This document shows positions 40,126 to 49,195 of a stretch of 53,350 nucleotides of DNA, one piece after another. Position 1 is the stretch's first letter; each line of letters begins with the position of its first letter. Source of the stretch: an uncultured Anaerolineales bacterium (GTDB lineage: Bacteria > Chloroflexota > Anaerolineae > B4-G1 > SLSP01). The position numbers were made by a program, and so were the translations under genes. Below the pieces are notes generated by a model. The model did not search any database. It saw only the letters and a list, made by a program, of their open reading frames with translations, and had not been told where the DNA came from. The stretch spans positions 1-53,350 of the forward strand of contig CAZPJP010000008.1 of the NCBI GenBank assembly GCA_964586915.1, given 5' to 3'.

Positions 40126-40560
40126 ATGCTGCAAGAGATACACGACCATATCAACCAAGAGATCCGCATCAACACGCGGACCGACACCATCTTCGTGATC
40201 ACGGCAATCGTCTTCAACTTCATCATGATGGGGGTGAGCTCCGCCCTGGCGGCGAACGCCGCCGAGGGACCCGGACGATCCGACGGCGCGATGACCAGCA
40301 CGATCGTGCTGGCGATCAACTTCACGATCTCCATTCTGGTGAACGGGGTTGCCATCGTCGGCTTGATCACCGGCCGCGCAACGCGCAAGACGCTCTCCCA
40401 GGGCCTGCTCAAGATGTACGAGGACGCCGAGGTCAGCAAATACTATCATCCTTCGCTTCTGACCAACTATATGCGCCGCTACGTGATGTTTGTCGCCATT
40501 ATCGGTATCCTCGGCGTGGCGTCGATTCTCATCCCGCTGGTCGTGCTGCTCACCTCCTGA
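40126..40560 (+). CDS. Hypothetical small membrane protein (about 3 TM)
   Basis: Starts 4 nt after the previous stop. Hydrophobic segments IFVITAIVFNFIMMGV, IVLAINFTISILVNGVAIVGLI and VMFVAIIGILGVASILIPLVVLL. Confidence 0.5.
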   Translation: MLQEIHDHINQEIRINTRTDTIFVITAIVFNFIMMGVSSALAANAAEGPGRSDGAMTSTIVLAINFTISILVNGVAIVGLITGRATRKTLSQGLLKMYEDAEVSKYYHPSLLTNYMRRYVMFVAIIGILGVASILIPLVVLLTS

Positions 40561-40603
40561 GCAACCACGGGCCGGATTCTGAGGACTTCAAGAGGTGTGA
40601 CCT

Positions 40604-41113
40604 ATGCCATTTGCAAAGAAGTGGTGCGCAATGATGGCGTTTCCGCTCCCCGGAGAGACGCTCAGCGACTTCGAGGTGGAGAGCATCGACGTCCGCGACG
40701 TGCCGGGCGAGTTTGGACAACACGGCTATGCGCTGCGGATAGTCCTGCGGGGCCCCGGGGGACAGCAGGGCGTCCGCCGCGCGCTGAAGGATCTGGTCAA
40801 TGCCCGTCCTCTGACCTTTTCAGGCTACGGCAATCCCTACCAGCTCTGGTGCGGCAGGCCCGAGATCGAGAGCCTCGGGGAGAAACGATATGCGGTGACC
40901 GCTCGGGGAGCGGGCGTGCCGATCGCCCTGGAGGACGCACTTCGCCGCTTCATCGTCCATCTTTCAGAGGAAGGCCTGGTGGCAGACCAAGGTGACGACG
41001 CAGATCTAGAAGCCGTCGTCACGACGTACCTGGACCGCTATCGCGCTGAGGTACAGCGTACCGCGTCCCGCTACCGCAGTAAGCTACGACGATTGGAGAC
41101 CCACAGCGACTGA
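40604..41113 (+). CDS. Hypothetical soluble protein (169 aa)
   Basis: Codon usage is consistent with its neighbours. No motif recognised. Alternative start at ATG 40631. Confidence 0.45.
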   Translation: MPFAKKWCAMMAFPLPGETLSDFEVESIDVRDVPGEFGQHGYALRIVLRGPGGQQGVRRALKDLVNARPLTFSGYGNPYQLWCGRPEIESLGEKRYAVTARGAGVPIALEDALRRFIVHLSEEGLVADQGDDADLEAVVTTYLDRYRAEVQRTASRYRSKLRRLETHSD

Positions 41114-41142
41114 CCCTGTGTCCCCCCCCCGGCAATCCGCCC

Positions 41143-41168
41143 GCCGAAGCAACGTGGGTTGCTTCGGC
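41143..41168 (+). terminator. Stem-loop after the three-gene hypothetical cluster (possible terminator, no U-tract)
   Basis: 11-bp perfect stem gccgaagcaac/gttgcttcggc with loop gtgg, 30 nt after the stop codon. Confidence 0.45.
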
Positions 41169-41298
41169 CCGTCCTGGCTCCTACGCTTGCATGCTCCGCG
41201 CAGAGCATCACGCGGCGCCGGCCTTTCATCAAAGCTCAACCGTGATAGAATGCAACCAAGTAGCAAGATGGGAACTCTACTCTGAGGAGGCCAATCCG

Positions 41299-42327
41299 AT
41301 GCGTCGAATTATGGTGACGGGGGGCGCAGGTTTCATCGGCTCGAACTTCGTCCGCTACATGCTCCAGACTTACCCGGCGTACGACATCCTGGTCTACGAC
41401 AAGCTAACCTATGCCGGACGGCTGGAGAACTTGCAGGATGTTGCCGAAGCCTTTGGCGACCGCTATGCCTTTGTTCAGGCAGACATCTGTGACGCTGCGG
41501 CGGTCGAGGAAGCGATCCAGGCCTACAGCATCGACACCATCATCAACTTCGCAGCGGAGACCCACGTCGACCGATCGCTTATGGAGCCCGGCTCCTTTAT
41601 CCAGACGGACGTCTACGGCACCTACGTGCTGCTGGAGGCGGCGCGCGCCTTCAACCTGGAGCGCTACCATCAGATTAGCACCGATGAGGTCTACGGTCAG
41701 GTGTTGGAAGGACGTTCGACGGAGCGCGATCACCTGGAGCCGCGAAGCCCTTACGCAGCCAGTAAAGCTGGCGGCGACCTGATGGTCCTGGCCTATCACG
41801 AGTCGTGGGGGCTGCCGGTGACGATCACGCGGGGCTCCAACAACATTGGCCCCTACCAATACCCCGAGAAGGTGGTGCCGCTCTTCGCCACCAACGCTAT
41901 TGACGATCAACCGCTGCCGGTCTACGGCGATGGACAACAGATGCGCGACTATCAGTATGTGCTCGACCACTGCACGGGCATCGATGCCGTACTGCACAAA
42001 GGTGCGCTTGGCGAGGTCTACAACGTCGGCACCGGATGCGAGATCACTAATCTGGAGATGACCCAGATCGTTCTAGCGACGCTCAATAAGCCGGAGAGCC
42101 TGATCCAACACGTCGAGGATCGTCCGGGTCACGATCGTCGCTACGCGCTCGACATCAGCAAGCTACAGTCCCTTGGATGGGAGAGCGCCCATACCTGCCA
42201 GGCAGCCGTCGAGAAGACGGTACGCTGGTATACTGAGAACGAATGGTGGTGGCGGCCCATCAAGAGCGGCACACTGTACAAGGACTATTACGAGCAGCAG
42301 TACGGGAAGCGGCTGGAGACGGGATAG
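41299..42327 (+). CDS. rfbB: dTDP-glucose 4,6-dehydratase
   Basis: VTGGAGFIGSNF Rossmann motif, SPYAASKAG (YxxxK), DKLTYAG and HVEDRPGHDRRYA. GAGGAGG RBS before ATG 41299; the ORF is open from 41191. Confidence 0.93.
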   Translation: MRRIMVTGGAGFIGSNFVRYMLQTYPAYDILVYDKLTYAGRLENLQDVAEAFGDRYAFVQADICDAAAVEEAIQAYSIDTIINFAAETHVDRSLMEPGSFIQTDVYGTYVLLEAARAFNLERYHQISTDEVYGQVLEGRSTERDHLEPRSPYAASKAGGDLMVLAYHESWGLPVTITRGSNNIGPYQYPEKVVPLFATNAIDDQPLPVYGDGQQMRDYQYVLDHCTGIDAVLHKGALGEVYNVGTGCEITNLEMTQIVLATLNKPESLIQHVEDRPGHDRRYALDISKLQSLGWESAHTCQAAVEKTVRWYTENEWWWRPIKSGTLYKDYYEQQYGKRLETG

Positions 42328-42354
42328 ATATTTCCTGCCGGGTAGGGACACCTT

Positions 42355-43080
42355 ATGGCCGACCCCGATAGCATCGCCGCGTTCCTGCTCAGGGACGTCA
42401 ATCGGGCCGTGCGTGAGTTCGATCTGATCTCCGACGGCGATCGGATCGCGGTGGGGATCTCGGGCGGGAAGGACAGCCGGACGCTCCTGGATCTGCTGAT
42501 CCGCGGCGTGGACATCCCCGGCCACTATGAGATCATCGCAATTCACGTCGACGGCTCGGCGGTAGGCCTCCGCAACGAAGTACCGCAACTGAAACCCTGG
42601 TTTCGCGAGCTGAACGTGGCGTATAGGATCGTGCCGTTGGACGTGCCGAAGGAGGAGTCCCTGCCGATGGATTGCTTCCGCTGCGCGTGGAACCGGCGGA
42701 AGACCCTCTTCTTCGCCGCTGATACGGCCGGGTGCAACAAGGTCGCCTTCGGCCATCACGCCGACGACGCCGCAGTGACGACGCTGATGAGCCTGATGTA
42801 CAAGGGCCAGCTGGAGACGATGGCGCCGCGGCTGAGCTTCTTCGACGGGCACTTCGCCGTGATCCGCCCGTTAATCCTGCTGAGCGACGCAGAGGTCCGG
42901 CGCTATGCACGTACCGCTGGATGGTCCCTCTCGGAGGCCCCGTCCTGTCCGCAGGGAGAGGATACTCGACGGGCAAAGATCGAGAGGTTTCTGGCGACCT
43001 TTCCTAAGCAGGAGCGCGAGCAGATCCGCGCCAACCTCTGGCGGGCGGGGCGCGCCGGCTTGGAGGAGACCGGTGAGTGA
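42355..43080 (+). CDS. TtcA-family PP-loop ATPase (tRNA thiolation-type)
   Basis: PP-loop SGGKDS, Cys motifs CFRC and CPQGE, and HHADD. 241 aa. Confidence 0.8.
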   Translation: MADPDSIAAFLLRDVNRAVREFDLISDGDRIAVGISGGKDSRTLLDLLIRGVDIPGHYEIIAIHVDGSAVGLRNEVPQLKPWFRELNVAYRIVPLDVPKEESLPMDCFRCAWNRRKTLFFAADTAGCNKVAFGHHADDAAVTTLMSLMYKGQLETMAPRLSFFDGHFAVIRPLILLSDAEVRRYARTAGWSLSEAPSCPQGEDTRRAKIERFLATFPKQEREQIRANLWRAGRAGLEETGE

Positions 43081-43648
43081 GTCCCGGCGCCGCGAGCTCC
43101 AACTCCGCAGGCTGAGCAAGTTTCTCTCACTCTTGCTCCGCCACCGACCGGCTCGGTTCCCCATCGAGCTCGATGCGCAAGGCTACGCCGACCTCGACGA
43201 GGTGATGCACATCGTGCAGGGGCTGCCGAACTTCCGCTGGGCGACGTATCAGGACGTCAAGTCGCTACTGGATCAACCGGGACGGCAGCGATTTGAGATT
43301 GTGGAAGATGAGGACGGGACGCGGCGCATCCGCGCGCTCTACGGCCACACGGCCCTGCGCCCGGCGTATGAGCCGGTCGAGCCGCCGGGCGTTCTCTATC
43401 ACGGCACTTCCCCAGGGGCCCTTGACGCCATTCGCCGGGACGGTATTCAACCTATGCAGCGGCAGTACGTCCACCTCACCCCCGACCCCGAGACCGCGCG
43501 CAGCATCGCGCTACGCCACACGCCGGATCCGGTGATCCTCCAGATCAAGGCAGCGAGGGCACATCGCGAGGGGGTGCTCTTCTATCACCCGACCGAGGAG
43601 ATCTACCTGACGGAGACGGTGGGCCCGAGGTACATCGAGGGAATATAG
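43073..43648 (+). CDS. kptA: RNA 2-prime-phosphotransferase KptA/Tpt1
   Basis: LSKFLSLLLRHRP...LDAQGYADLDEV, LYHGTS and QYVHLT motifs. GTG 43073 overlaps the preceding stop by 8 nt. The longer ORF from 42905 lies inside the ttcA-like gene. Confidence 0.85.
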   Translation: MSESRRRELQLRRLSKFLSLLLRHRPARFPIELDAQGYADLDEVMHIVQGLPNFRWATYQDVKSLLDQPGRQRFEIVEDEDGTRRIRALYGHTALRPAYEPVEPPGVLYHGTSPGALDAIRRDGIQPMQRQYVHLTPDPETARSIALRHTPDPVILQIKAARAHREGVLFYHPTEEIYLTETVGPRYIEGI

Positions 43649-43829
43649 CGCCGACATCGCCGGACCTCCGCAAGCGAGTCCCCACTTGCGTGTATATGGA
43701 CCGCGGGCGGTCGTCTCATTGCGCCTTAGCTTGATGCGCAGGGGCATCTTGGCCGCACGCTGTGGCATTGGAACGGACTACACGAGTGCAATGCAGGGGA
43801 TGGTGCTGGGTAGGGATCGTGCTTAGCAG

Positions 43830-44969
43830 CTACCTCTCCGGCGTCTGCCACAGCCACACCGGCACGAGCATATCGCGGGCGATGAGATGGCCGTGGTTCC
43901 CGAGCCGTTCCCCCTCCTCGACCATGTGCATACCGTGGTCCGCGAATATCAGGACCAGGGTGCGAGGCGGCAGGGCAGAGAGAAGCTCCCCAACGGCTGC
44001 ATCGACGCCGGCGATGGCCGCCTCCTCCTCAGGCGCGCCCGGACCGTAGCTGTGCCCGGCATCATCGATGCCATGAAAATGAACCCAGAGCAGGTCCGGC
44101 ATTGGGCCCTGAAGCACCTCAAGGGCATTCGCCAGGACGTTATCGTCGGTGCTTCCATCGCCGTCACGATCGCCGGAGAGGGTGATGTCGGCGTTGCGAA
44201 GGTTGAAGGAGAGCGCGTCACCCTCCACAGCGACGACGGACAACCCCGCAGCAGCGGCGACATCGAAGAGGGTTTCGGCCTCGGTCTTACGCGTCGTGCC
44301 CCGGTCGACGACGCCGTTGACCTGCGGCGGAGCACCGGTGAGGATCGCTGCGGAGCCCACCACCGTCGACGGTGGATAGGCGGCGAGCCCCATCTCCGGC
44401 TTGCCGAGAGCCGCCAGGTTGGGAATTAGGCCGCCGATGCGGGCCTCTTGATAGCGCAGATACCCGAAGCCATCGAGGAAGAGGAGCAGAACGTGGTCGG
44501 ACGTCGATGAGTCGGCGAAGACCCGCCCGGTCGCCTGGGACGGCGCCGGTAGGCCGAGGGCAGCGGCAGCGGTCGGCGCGATATCGGTCAGGCGCACGTT
44601 TACGACCGCAAGCGCATCGGGTGGTTGGCCCTCGATTCGGGTTGGGTGAAGCATCTCTTCGCCGAGGTTGAGTTCCCCGTTCTGGTACCACCACCCCGTC
44701 TCCGCGACGGCGGGCCACGCGAACGCGTGTTCCTCACCCTCAGCGTCCCTTACCCGCAAGGTCTCAATGAGGCGGTAGCCGTGAGCATAGAGCACGCGCT
44801 CCAGAGGCACGGCACCCTCAGCGCCCGCGAATAGCTCTAGGTCCTTGAGTTCAGCACGGGTCACGCGGGCGACCGACCCATCAGGGCCAATCAACGTCGT
44901 CTCCCACGCCGATGCACATCCAACCAAGGTAAGCAACAACACCAGGCCAAGACGATAAAGCTTTTGCAT
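43830..44969 (-). CDS. Alkaline-phosphatase-superfamily phosphodiesterase/nucleotide pyrophosphatase lipoprotein
   Basis: LLLFLDGFGY, HFHGIDDAGHSYGP and FADHGMH metal-ligand motifs. Lipobox LVGC. GAGGTG lies 7 nt before ATG 44969. Confidence 0.8.
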   Translation of the reverse strand: MQKLYRLGLVLLLTLVGCASAWETTLIGPDGSVARVTRAELKDLELFAGAEGAVPLERVLYAHGYRLIETLRVRDAEGEEHAFAWPAVAETGWWYQNGELNLGEEMLHPTRIEGQPPDALAVVNVRLTDIAPTAAAALGLPAPSQATGRVFADSSTSDHVLLLFLDGFGYLRYQEARIGGLIPNLAALGKPEMGLAAYPPSTVVGSAAILTGAPPQVNGVVDRGTTRKTEAETLFDVAAAAGLSVVAVEGDALSFNLRNADITLSGDRDGDGSTDDNVLANALEVLQGPMPDLLWVHFHGIDDAGHSYGPGAPEEEAAIAGVDAAVGELLSALPPRTLVLIFADHGMHMVEEGERLGNHGHLIARDMLVPVWLWQTPER

Positions 44970-45168
44970 ATCGAGACACCTCAATCACAGAATCGCGCCC
45001 AACATGAACCGCGACCATTGTCACAGCTAAGCAGATTCTGACAAGCGGCAAAAGAACCCAGAGCGTGGGGCCCCCGCTTGATTCAGGTGCCTGTGGAAGT
45101 AGAATGCCAACAGATGAAGACGACCGGGCTACCTCTAGATTTGAGTCGATAAGCAAGAAGGAGAGACT

Positions 45169-45651
45169 ATGGACGCACCACGGGATCCATCTTCGGTGGA
45201 CTACGATTTCGATCGGGCTGAGCGTTTCTATACCAAGCTGCGGTCGCGGGTGTCGGGATGGCTGGCGGGCAAGGCAAAGGTCGGAGACCGCGTGCGCAGG
45301 TACTTGCTCCTGGTGCCGGACCTCTTTGCCCTGCTGATCCGCCTGATCCGCGATCCCCGAGTAGATCGCGGCCTCAAGATCCAACTGATGGCGGTGAGCG
45401 CCTACGTGATCTCCCCCATCGACCTGGTGCCCGATTTCCTGCTTCCCTTCGGCTTGGTCGACGATGCAGTCGCGCTCGCACTTGTGCTGAATCGCGCCGT
45501 CCGACTGATGGACGAGTCGGGCGAAGCGATTCTGCGCGAGCATTGGGAGGGCGAGGGTGACGCGCTCGACCAGATCCGCCAGCTCTTAGGAACGGCGGAC
45601 ACCGTCCTCGGCCCACGCGTGCTCAAACGGCTGCGCAAGCTCTTCTCTTAG
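45169..45651 (+). CDS. DUF1232 (YkvA-like) membrane protein
   Basis: YVISPIDLVPDFLLPFGLVDD signature. AAGGAG RBS present. Confidence 0.8.
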   Translation: MDAPRDPSSVDYDFDRAERFYTKLRSRVSGWLAGKAKVGDRVRRYLLLVPDLFALLIRLIRDPRVDRGLKIQLMAVSAYVISPIDLVPDFLLPFGLVDDAVALALVLNRAVRLMDESGEAILREHWEGEGDALDQIRQLLGTADTVLGPRVLKRLRKLFS

Positions 45652-45745
45652 GCCATATTGCGCCGTTGTGCGTATTACGTGGCAATTTCCCTTCGTTGCG
45701 GTAGAATAGTTAGGATAGCATTTGATTTCTCAAGGAGGAGGAACA

Positions 45746-48700
45746 ATGCCCGAGCCCTATAGACCGCAGGAGATCGAGCCGAAGTGGCAGAAGACGTGGG
45801 AGGATGACGAGCTCTACAAAGCCGTCATCGATCGTGAGAAGCCCAAGTTCTATGCCCTTACGATGCTTCCCTATCCCAGCGGGGACATCCACATCGGTCA
45901 CTGGTATGCAATGGCGCCCAGTGACGTTCGGGCCCGCTTCAAGCGGATGCAGGGATACAATGTCCTCTTCCCGATGGGCTTCGACGCCTTCGGACTGCCG
46001 GCCGAGAACGCGGCGATCCAGCGTGGCATCCATCCCAAGGAATGGACACTCAACAACATCGATCGGGAGCGGCAGCAGCTCCGGACGATGGGCGCGATGT
46101 TCGACTGGGACAGGGAGGCCATCTCGTGTCTGCCGGGGTACTATCGCTGGAGCGAATGGTTCTTCCGCAAGTTCTACGACATGGGCCTGGCCTATCGCAA
46201 GGAGGCGCCCGTCGACTACTGCCCGTCGTGCAAGACGACATTGGCGCGCGAGCAGGTCGTCGGGGAGGAGCGGATCTGCGAACGGTGCGGCTCACCTGTG
46301 ATCAAGAAGGACCTAGAGCAGTGGTTCTGGAAGATTACGGAGTACGCAGACGAGCTGCTGGACTTCTCGAAGATCGACTGGCCCGAGCGCATCCGACTAT
46401 TGCAGACCAACTGGATCGGTCGCAGTGAGGGCGCGGAGGTCGTCTTCAAAGTGGCCCCTGAGGATATGCCCGATGACGCGGCCCCTGGCGCCGGCGATCT
46501 GGTCGTCTTCACGACCCGCCCCGACACGCTGTGGGGCGCAACTTTTATGGTGCTGGCGCCCGAGCACCCGCTGGTCAACGCGATTACAAAACCCGAATAC
46601 CACGAAGCGGTACACGATTATCAGTTCGAGGCCTCGCGGCAGACCGAGATCGAACGGCTGAGCACGGAGAAGGAAAAGTCCGGTGTCTTCACCGGCGCTT
46701 ACGCTATCAACCCGGTCAACGACGAGCGGATCCCGATCTGGGTCGCTGACTACGTGATGATGACCTACGGCACTGGCGCGATCATGGCCGTGCCGGCCCA
46801 CGACGAGCGGGACTTCGCGTTCGCTATCAAGTTTGGACTTCCCATCATCCCAGTAATCGCCCGGCCCGACAGAAGGGCCAAGAGCCTGGTGTGGCCCGAT
46901 TCGGTCCCCGAGGACTTCGCGGCAAAGCTGGATGAGGCCGGCATTCAATATCATCCCGGTCGGGTGGGCGATATCGGTGAGGGCCTCTACGTGACGCTCC
47001 AGGGCGACCAAGAGATCGATCGTTACGTCCAGCTTATGCGAGAGCATCTGCGCCCTGGCAACTGGAACGAGGTCGTCGGCAGCGGTTGGGTCTTCATCTT
47101 CGAGGACGAGGTCAAGCAACTCGATTCGCGGGCGTCAGATCGGGAGATCCTGGCGCGGTGCAAGACGCTCTACCCTCCGGTCAGCGATAATCGCACGGTG
47201 ATGGAGATGATCCAGGGCTGTGGCTTCTACGAGGACGTGCTCTTCCACCACGAGTACGGTGAGATGATTAATTCGGGCCCATTCAGTGGCACCCCCGGCG
47301 ACGAAGCCGTTACCGAGGTGACCGCGTGGCTGGCCGAGAAGGGTGTCGGTGAGGCCGCGGTCAACTACCGGCTGCGCGACTGGTTGATCAGCCGCCAGCG
47401 CTACTGGGGCGCGCCGATCCCGATGGTCTACTGCGACACGTGTGGCATCGTTCCGGTGCCTTACGAGGAGCTGCCGGTGCTGCTCCCCGACGACGTGGAC
47501 TTCATGCCGACCGGTGAGAGCCCCCTCAAGTATCACGAGGGGTTCCTGAACACGACCTGTCCGGCGTGCGGCGGTCCCGCGACGCGGGAGACCGACACTA
47601 TGGATACCTTCGTCTGCTCGTCTTGGTACCAGTACGCTTACCTGAGCCCCTATTACCGCGAAGGCGAGCCGGTGACAGGGGACGATATGCCGTGGGACCC
47701 CGAAGAGCAGGCGTATTGGGCGCCGGTCGACGCCTACACCGGCGGCGCCGAGCACGCAGTGCTCCACTTGCTCTACACACGCTTTTTCACCAAAGCCCTG
47801 CGCGACGCAGGGATCCTGGACTTCGACGAGCCTATGCTGCAGCTGCGGAACCAGGGCACGATCCTGGGCGAGCCACGCTCCGGCGACTTCGTCGACGTGA
47901 GGGGCTCCTGGGAAGGCTCGGCCTTCCGCGCGGACAGCATCACGGTCTACAGCTTTGAGGACCAGGACGCATGGCCGGAACCGGCGCGCAGCGACCAGCG
48001 CGTGGCCGGCGAGGTGATGGATCGCGAGGAGACAAATCTGAAGGTCCGCAGCACCAAGAGCGGCGGCCTGACCGTCGTGTTGGTGGAAGAGGACATGGAG
48101 GTCGAGATCCCCAGCAAAGAGGGACGAGGGACCGTCGCAGACGTGCTCTACCATCTGGACGTCGAGAAGATGTCCAAAAGCAAGAAGAACGTCGTGGCAC
48201 CCGATGTCTTGCTCGCCGACTACGGTGCGGACGCCGTACGCGCCTACCTGATGTTCGGCTGGCGCTGGGAGCAGGGCGGCCCTTGGGACAGCCAGGGTAT
48301 CGAGGGGATCACCCGGTGGATCAACCGGGTCTGGAATCTGGTTCTGGAGGCGCCGCGCGAGACGGAGCCCTTAAGTGATGAGGATGCGCGCGAACTACAA
48401 CGCGCCATGCATTTTGCCATCAAGAGCGTGACCGAGGACCTGGAGACCTTTAGCTTTAACACTGCGATTGCGCGCCTGATGGAGCTCACCAACGCGCTGA
48501 GCAAAGCCAGAGCGACTGCTTGGGAGAGCGAGCTGTGGGATGAGGCGGTGACCACGCTGCTCCTGCTGATGGCGCCTGTGACGCCCCATATGGCCGAGGA
48601 GCTATGGGCTCGATTGGGGAGACCGTACAGCATCCACCAGCAGAACTGGCCAACCTGGGACGAGGCGATGCTGATCGATGAGACGATCGAGATCCCGGTC

Positions 48701-48871
48701 CAGGTCAACGGCAAGATCCGTGGGCGGGTCACGCTGCCCGCGGAGGCCGACGAGGCGTCCATCAAGCTCGCGGCTCTGGAGGATGCCAACGTTCAGCGCT
48801 ATGTCGAGGGTAAAGAGATCGTGAAGATCATCGTGCCTCGTGGGCAGCTGGTGAGCATCGTCGTGAAGTAA
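45746..48871 (+). CDS. leuS: Leucyl-tRNA synthetase (unusually long, ~1041 aa)
   Basis: HIGH (DIHIGH), KMSKS, editing-domain TTRPDTLWGATF and AVPAHDERDF. AAGGAGGAGG RBS before ATG 45746. Confidence 0.95.
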   Translation: MPEPYRPQEIEPKWQKTWEDDELYKAVIDREKPKFYALTMLPYPSGDIHIGHWYAMAPSDVRARFKRMQGYNVLFPMGFDAFGLPAENAAIQRGIHPKEWTLNNIDRERQQLRTMGAMFDWDREAISCLPGYYRWSEWFFRKFYDMGLAYRKEAPVDYCPSCKTTLAREQVVGEERICERCGSPVIKKDLEQWFWKITEYADELLDFSKIDWPERIRLLQTNWIGRSEGAEVVFKVAPEDMPDDAAPGAGDLVVFTTRPDTLWGATFMVLAPEHPLVNAITKPEYHEAVHDYQFEASRQTEIERLSTEKEKSGVFTGAYAINPVNDERIPIWVADYVMMTYGTGAIMAVPAHDERDFAFAIKFGLPIIPVIARPDRRAKSLVWPDSVPEDFAAKLDEAGIQYHPGRVGDIGEGLYVTLQGDQEIDRYVQLMREHLRPGNWNEVVGSGWVFIFEDEVKQLDSRASDREILARCKTLYPPVSDNRTVMEMIQGCGFYEDVLFHHEYGEMINSGPFSGTPGDEAVTEVTAWLAEKGVGEAAVNYRLRDWLISRQRYWGAPIPMVYCDTCGIVPVPYEELPVLLPDDVDFMPTGESPLKYHEGFLNTTCPACGGPATRETDTMDTFVCSSWYQYAYLSPYYREGEPVTGDDMPWDPEEQAYWAPVDAYTGGAEHAVLHLLYTRFFTKALRDAGILDFDEPMLQLRNQGTILGEPRSGDFVDVRGSWEGSAFRADSITVYSFEDQDAWPEPARSDQRVAGEVMDREETNLKVRSTKSGGLTVVLVEEDMEVEIPSKEGRGTVADVLYHLDVEKMSKSKKNVVAPDVLLADYGADAVRAYLMFGWRWEQGGPWDSQGIEGITRWINRVWNLVLEAPRETEPLSDEDARELQRAMHFAIKSVTEDLETFSFNTAIARLMELTNALSKARATAWESELWDEAVTTLLLLMAPVTPHMAEELWARLGRPYSIHQQNWPTWDEAMLIDETIEIPVQVNGKIRGRVTLPAEADEASIKLAALEDANVQRYVEGKEIVKIIVPRGQLVSIVVK

Positions 48872-48877
48872 AGCCGC

Positions 48878-49192
48878 GTGGCGACCCGAACGACACCTGC
48901 GAAACGCTCCCGACTCCGGACCCTGATCGCCTTAGCCTTTAGCTACTTCACGGGCATCTGGGGGATCTGTGCTCTCCTCTTTTCCGGGTTTTACTTCGTA
49001 TACCCGCGAGATGCAACGAAGCTGAGTCAGGCGATGGCGGACCGAGCAGCGGAGATCGAGATCGGCGTTCGCGACCAACTGGGAGGCAAACTCAGCAGCA
49101 CGTCGGCGAGCATGCCCCTAGCTGGGACCCGCACTGCAGCGCTGGCAGGCGCGATTGACGATGCCGATGGACTTCACAGGGAGGGGAGCTGA
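48878..49192 (+). CDS. Hypothetical small membrane protein
   Basis: GTG start 6 nt after the leuS stop. One or two TM segments (LIALAFSYFTGIWGICALLFSGFYFV). No family recognised. Confidence 0.4.
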   Translation: MATRTTPAKRSRLRTLIALAFSYFTGIWGICALLFSGFYFVYPRDATKLSQAMADRAAEIEIGVRDQLGGKLSSTSASMPLAGTRTAALAGAIDDADGLHREGS

Positions 49193-49195
49193 TTC

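Noticed and set aside
41122-41130. C9 homopolymer tract as a possible phase-variation switch.
   Set aside because: It lies after the stop codon of the 169-aa ORF and before the hairpin, so it is neither within a coding frame nor within a promoter spacer that I can define.
42905-43072. Longer KptA ORF beginning at ATG 42905.
   Set aside because: It lies wholly within the ttcA-like gene in another frame. The KptA homology (ELQLRRLSKFLS...) begins just after GTG 43073.
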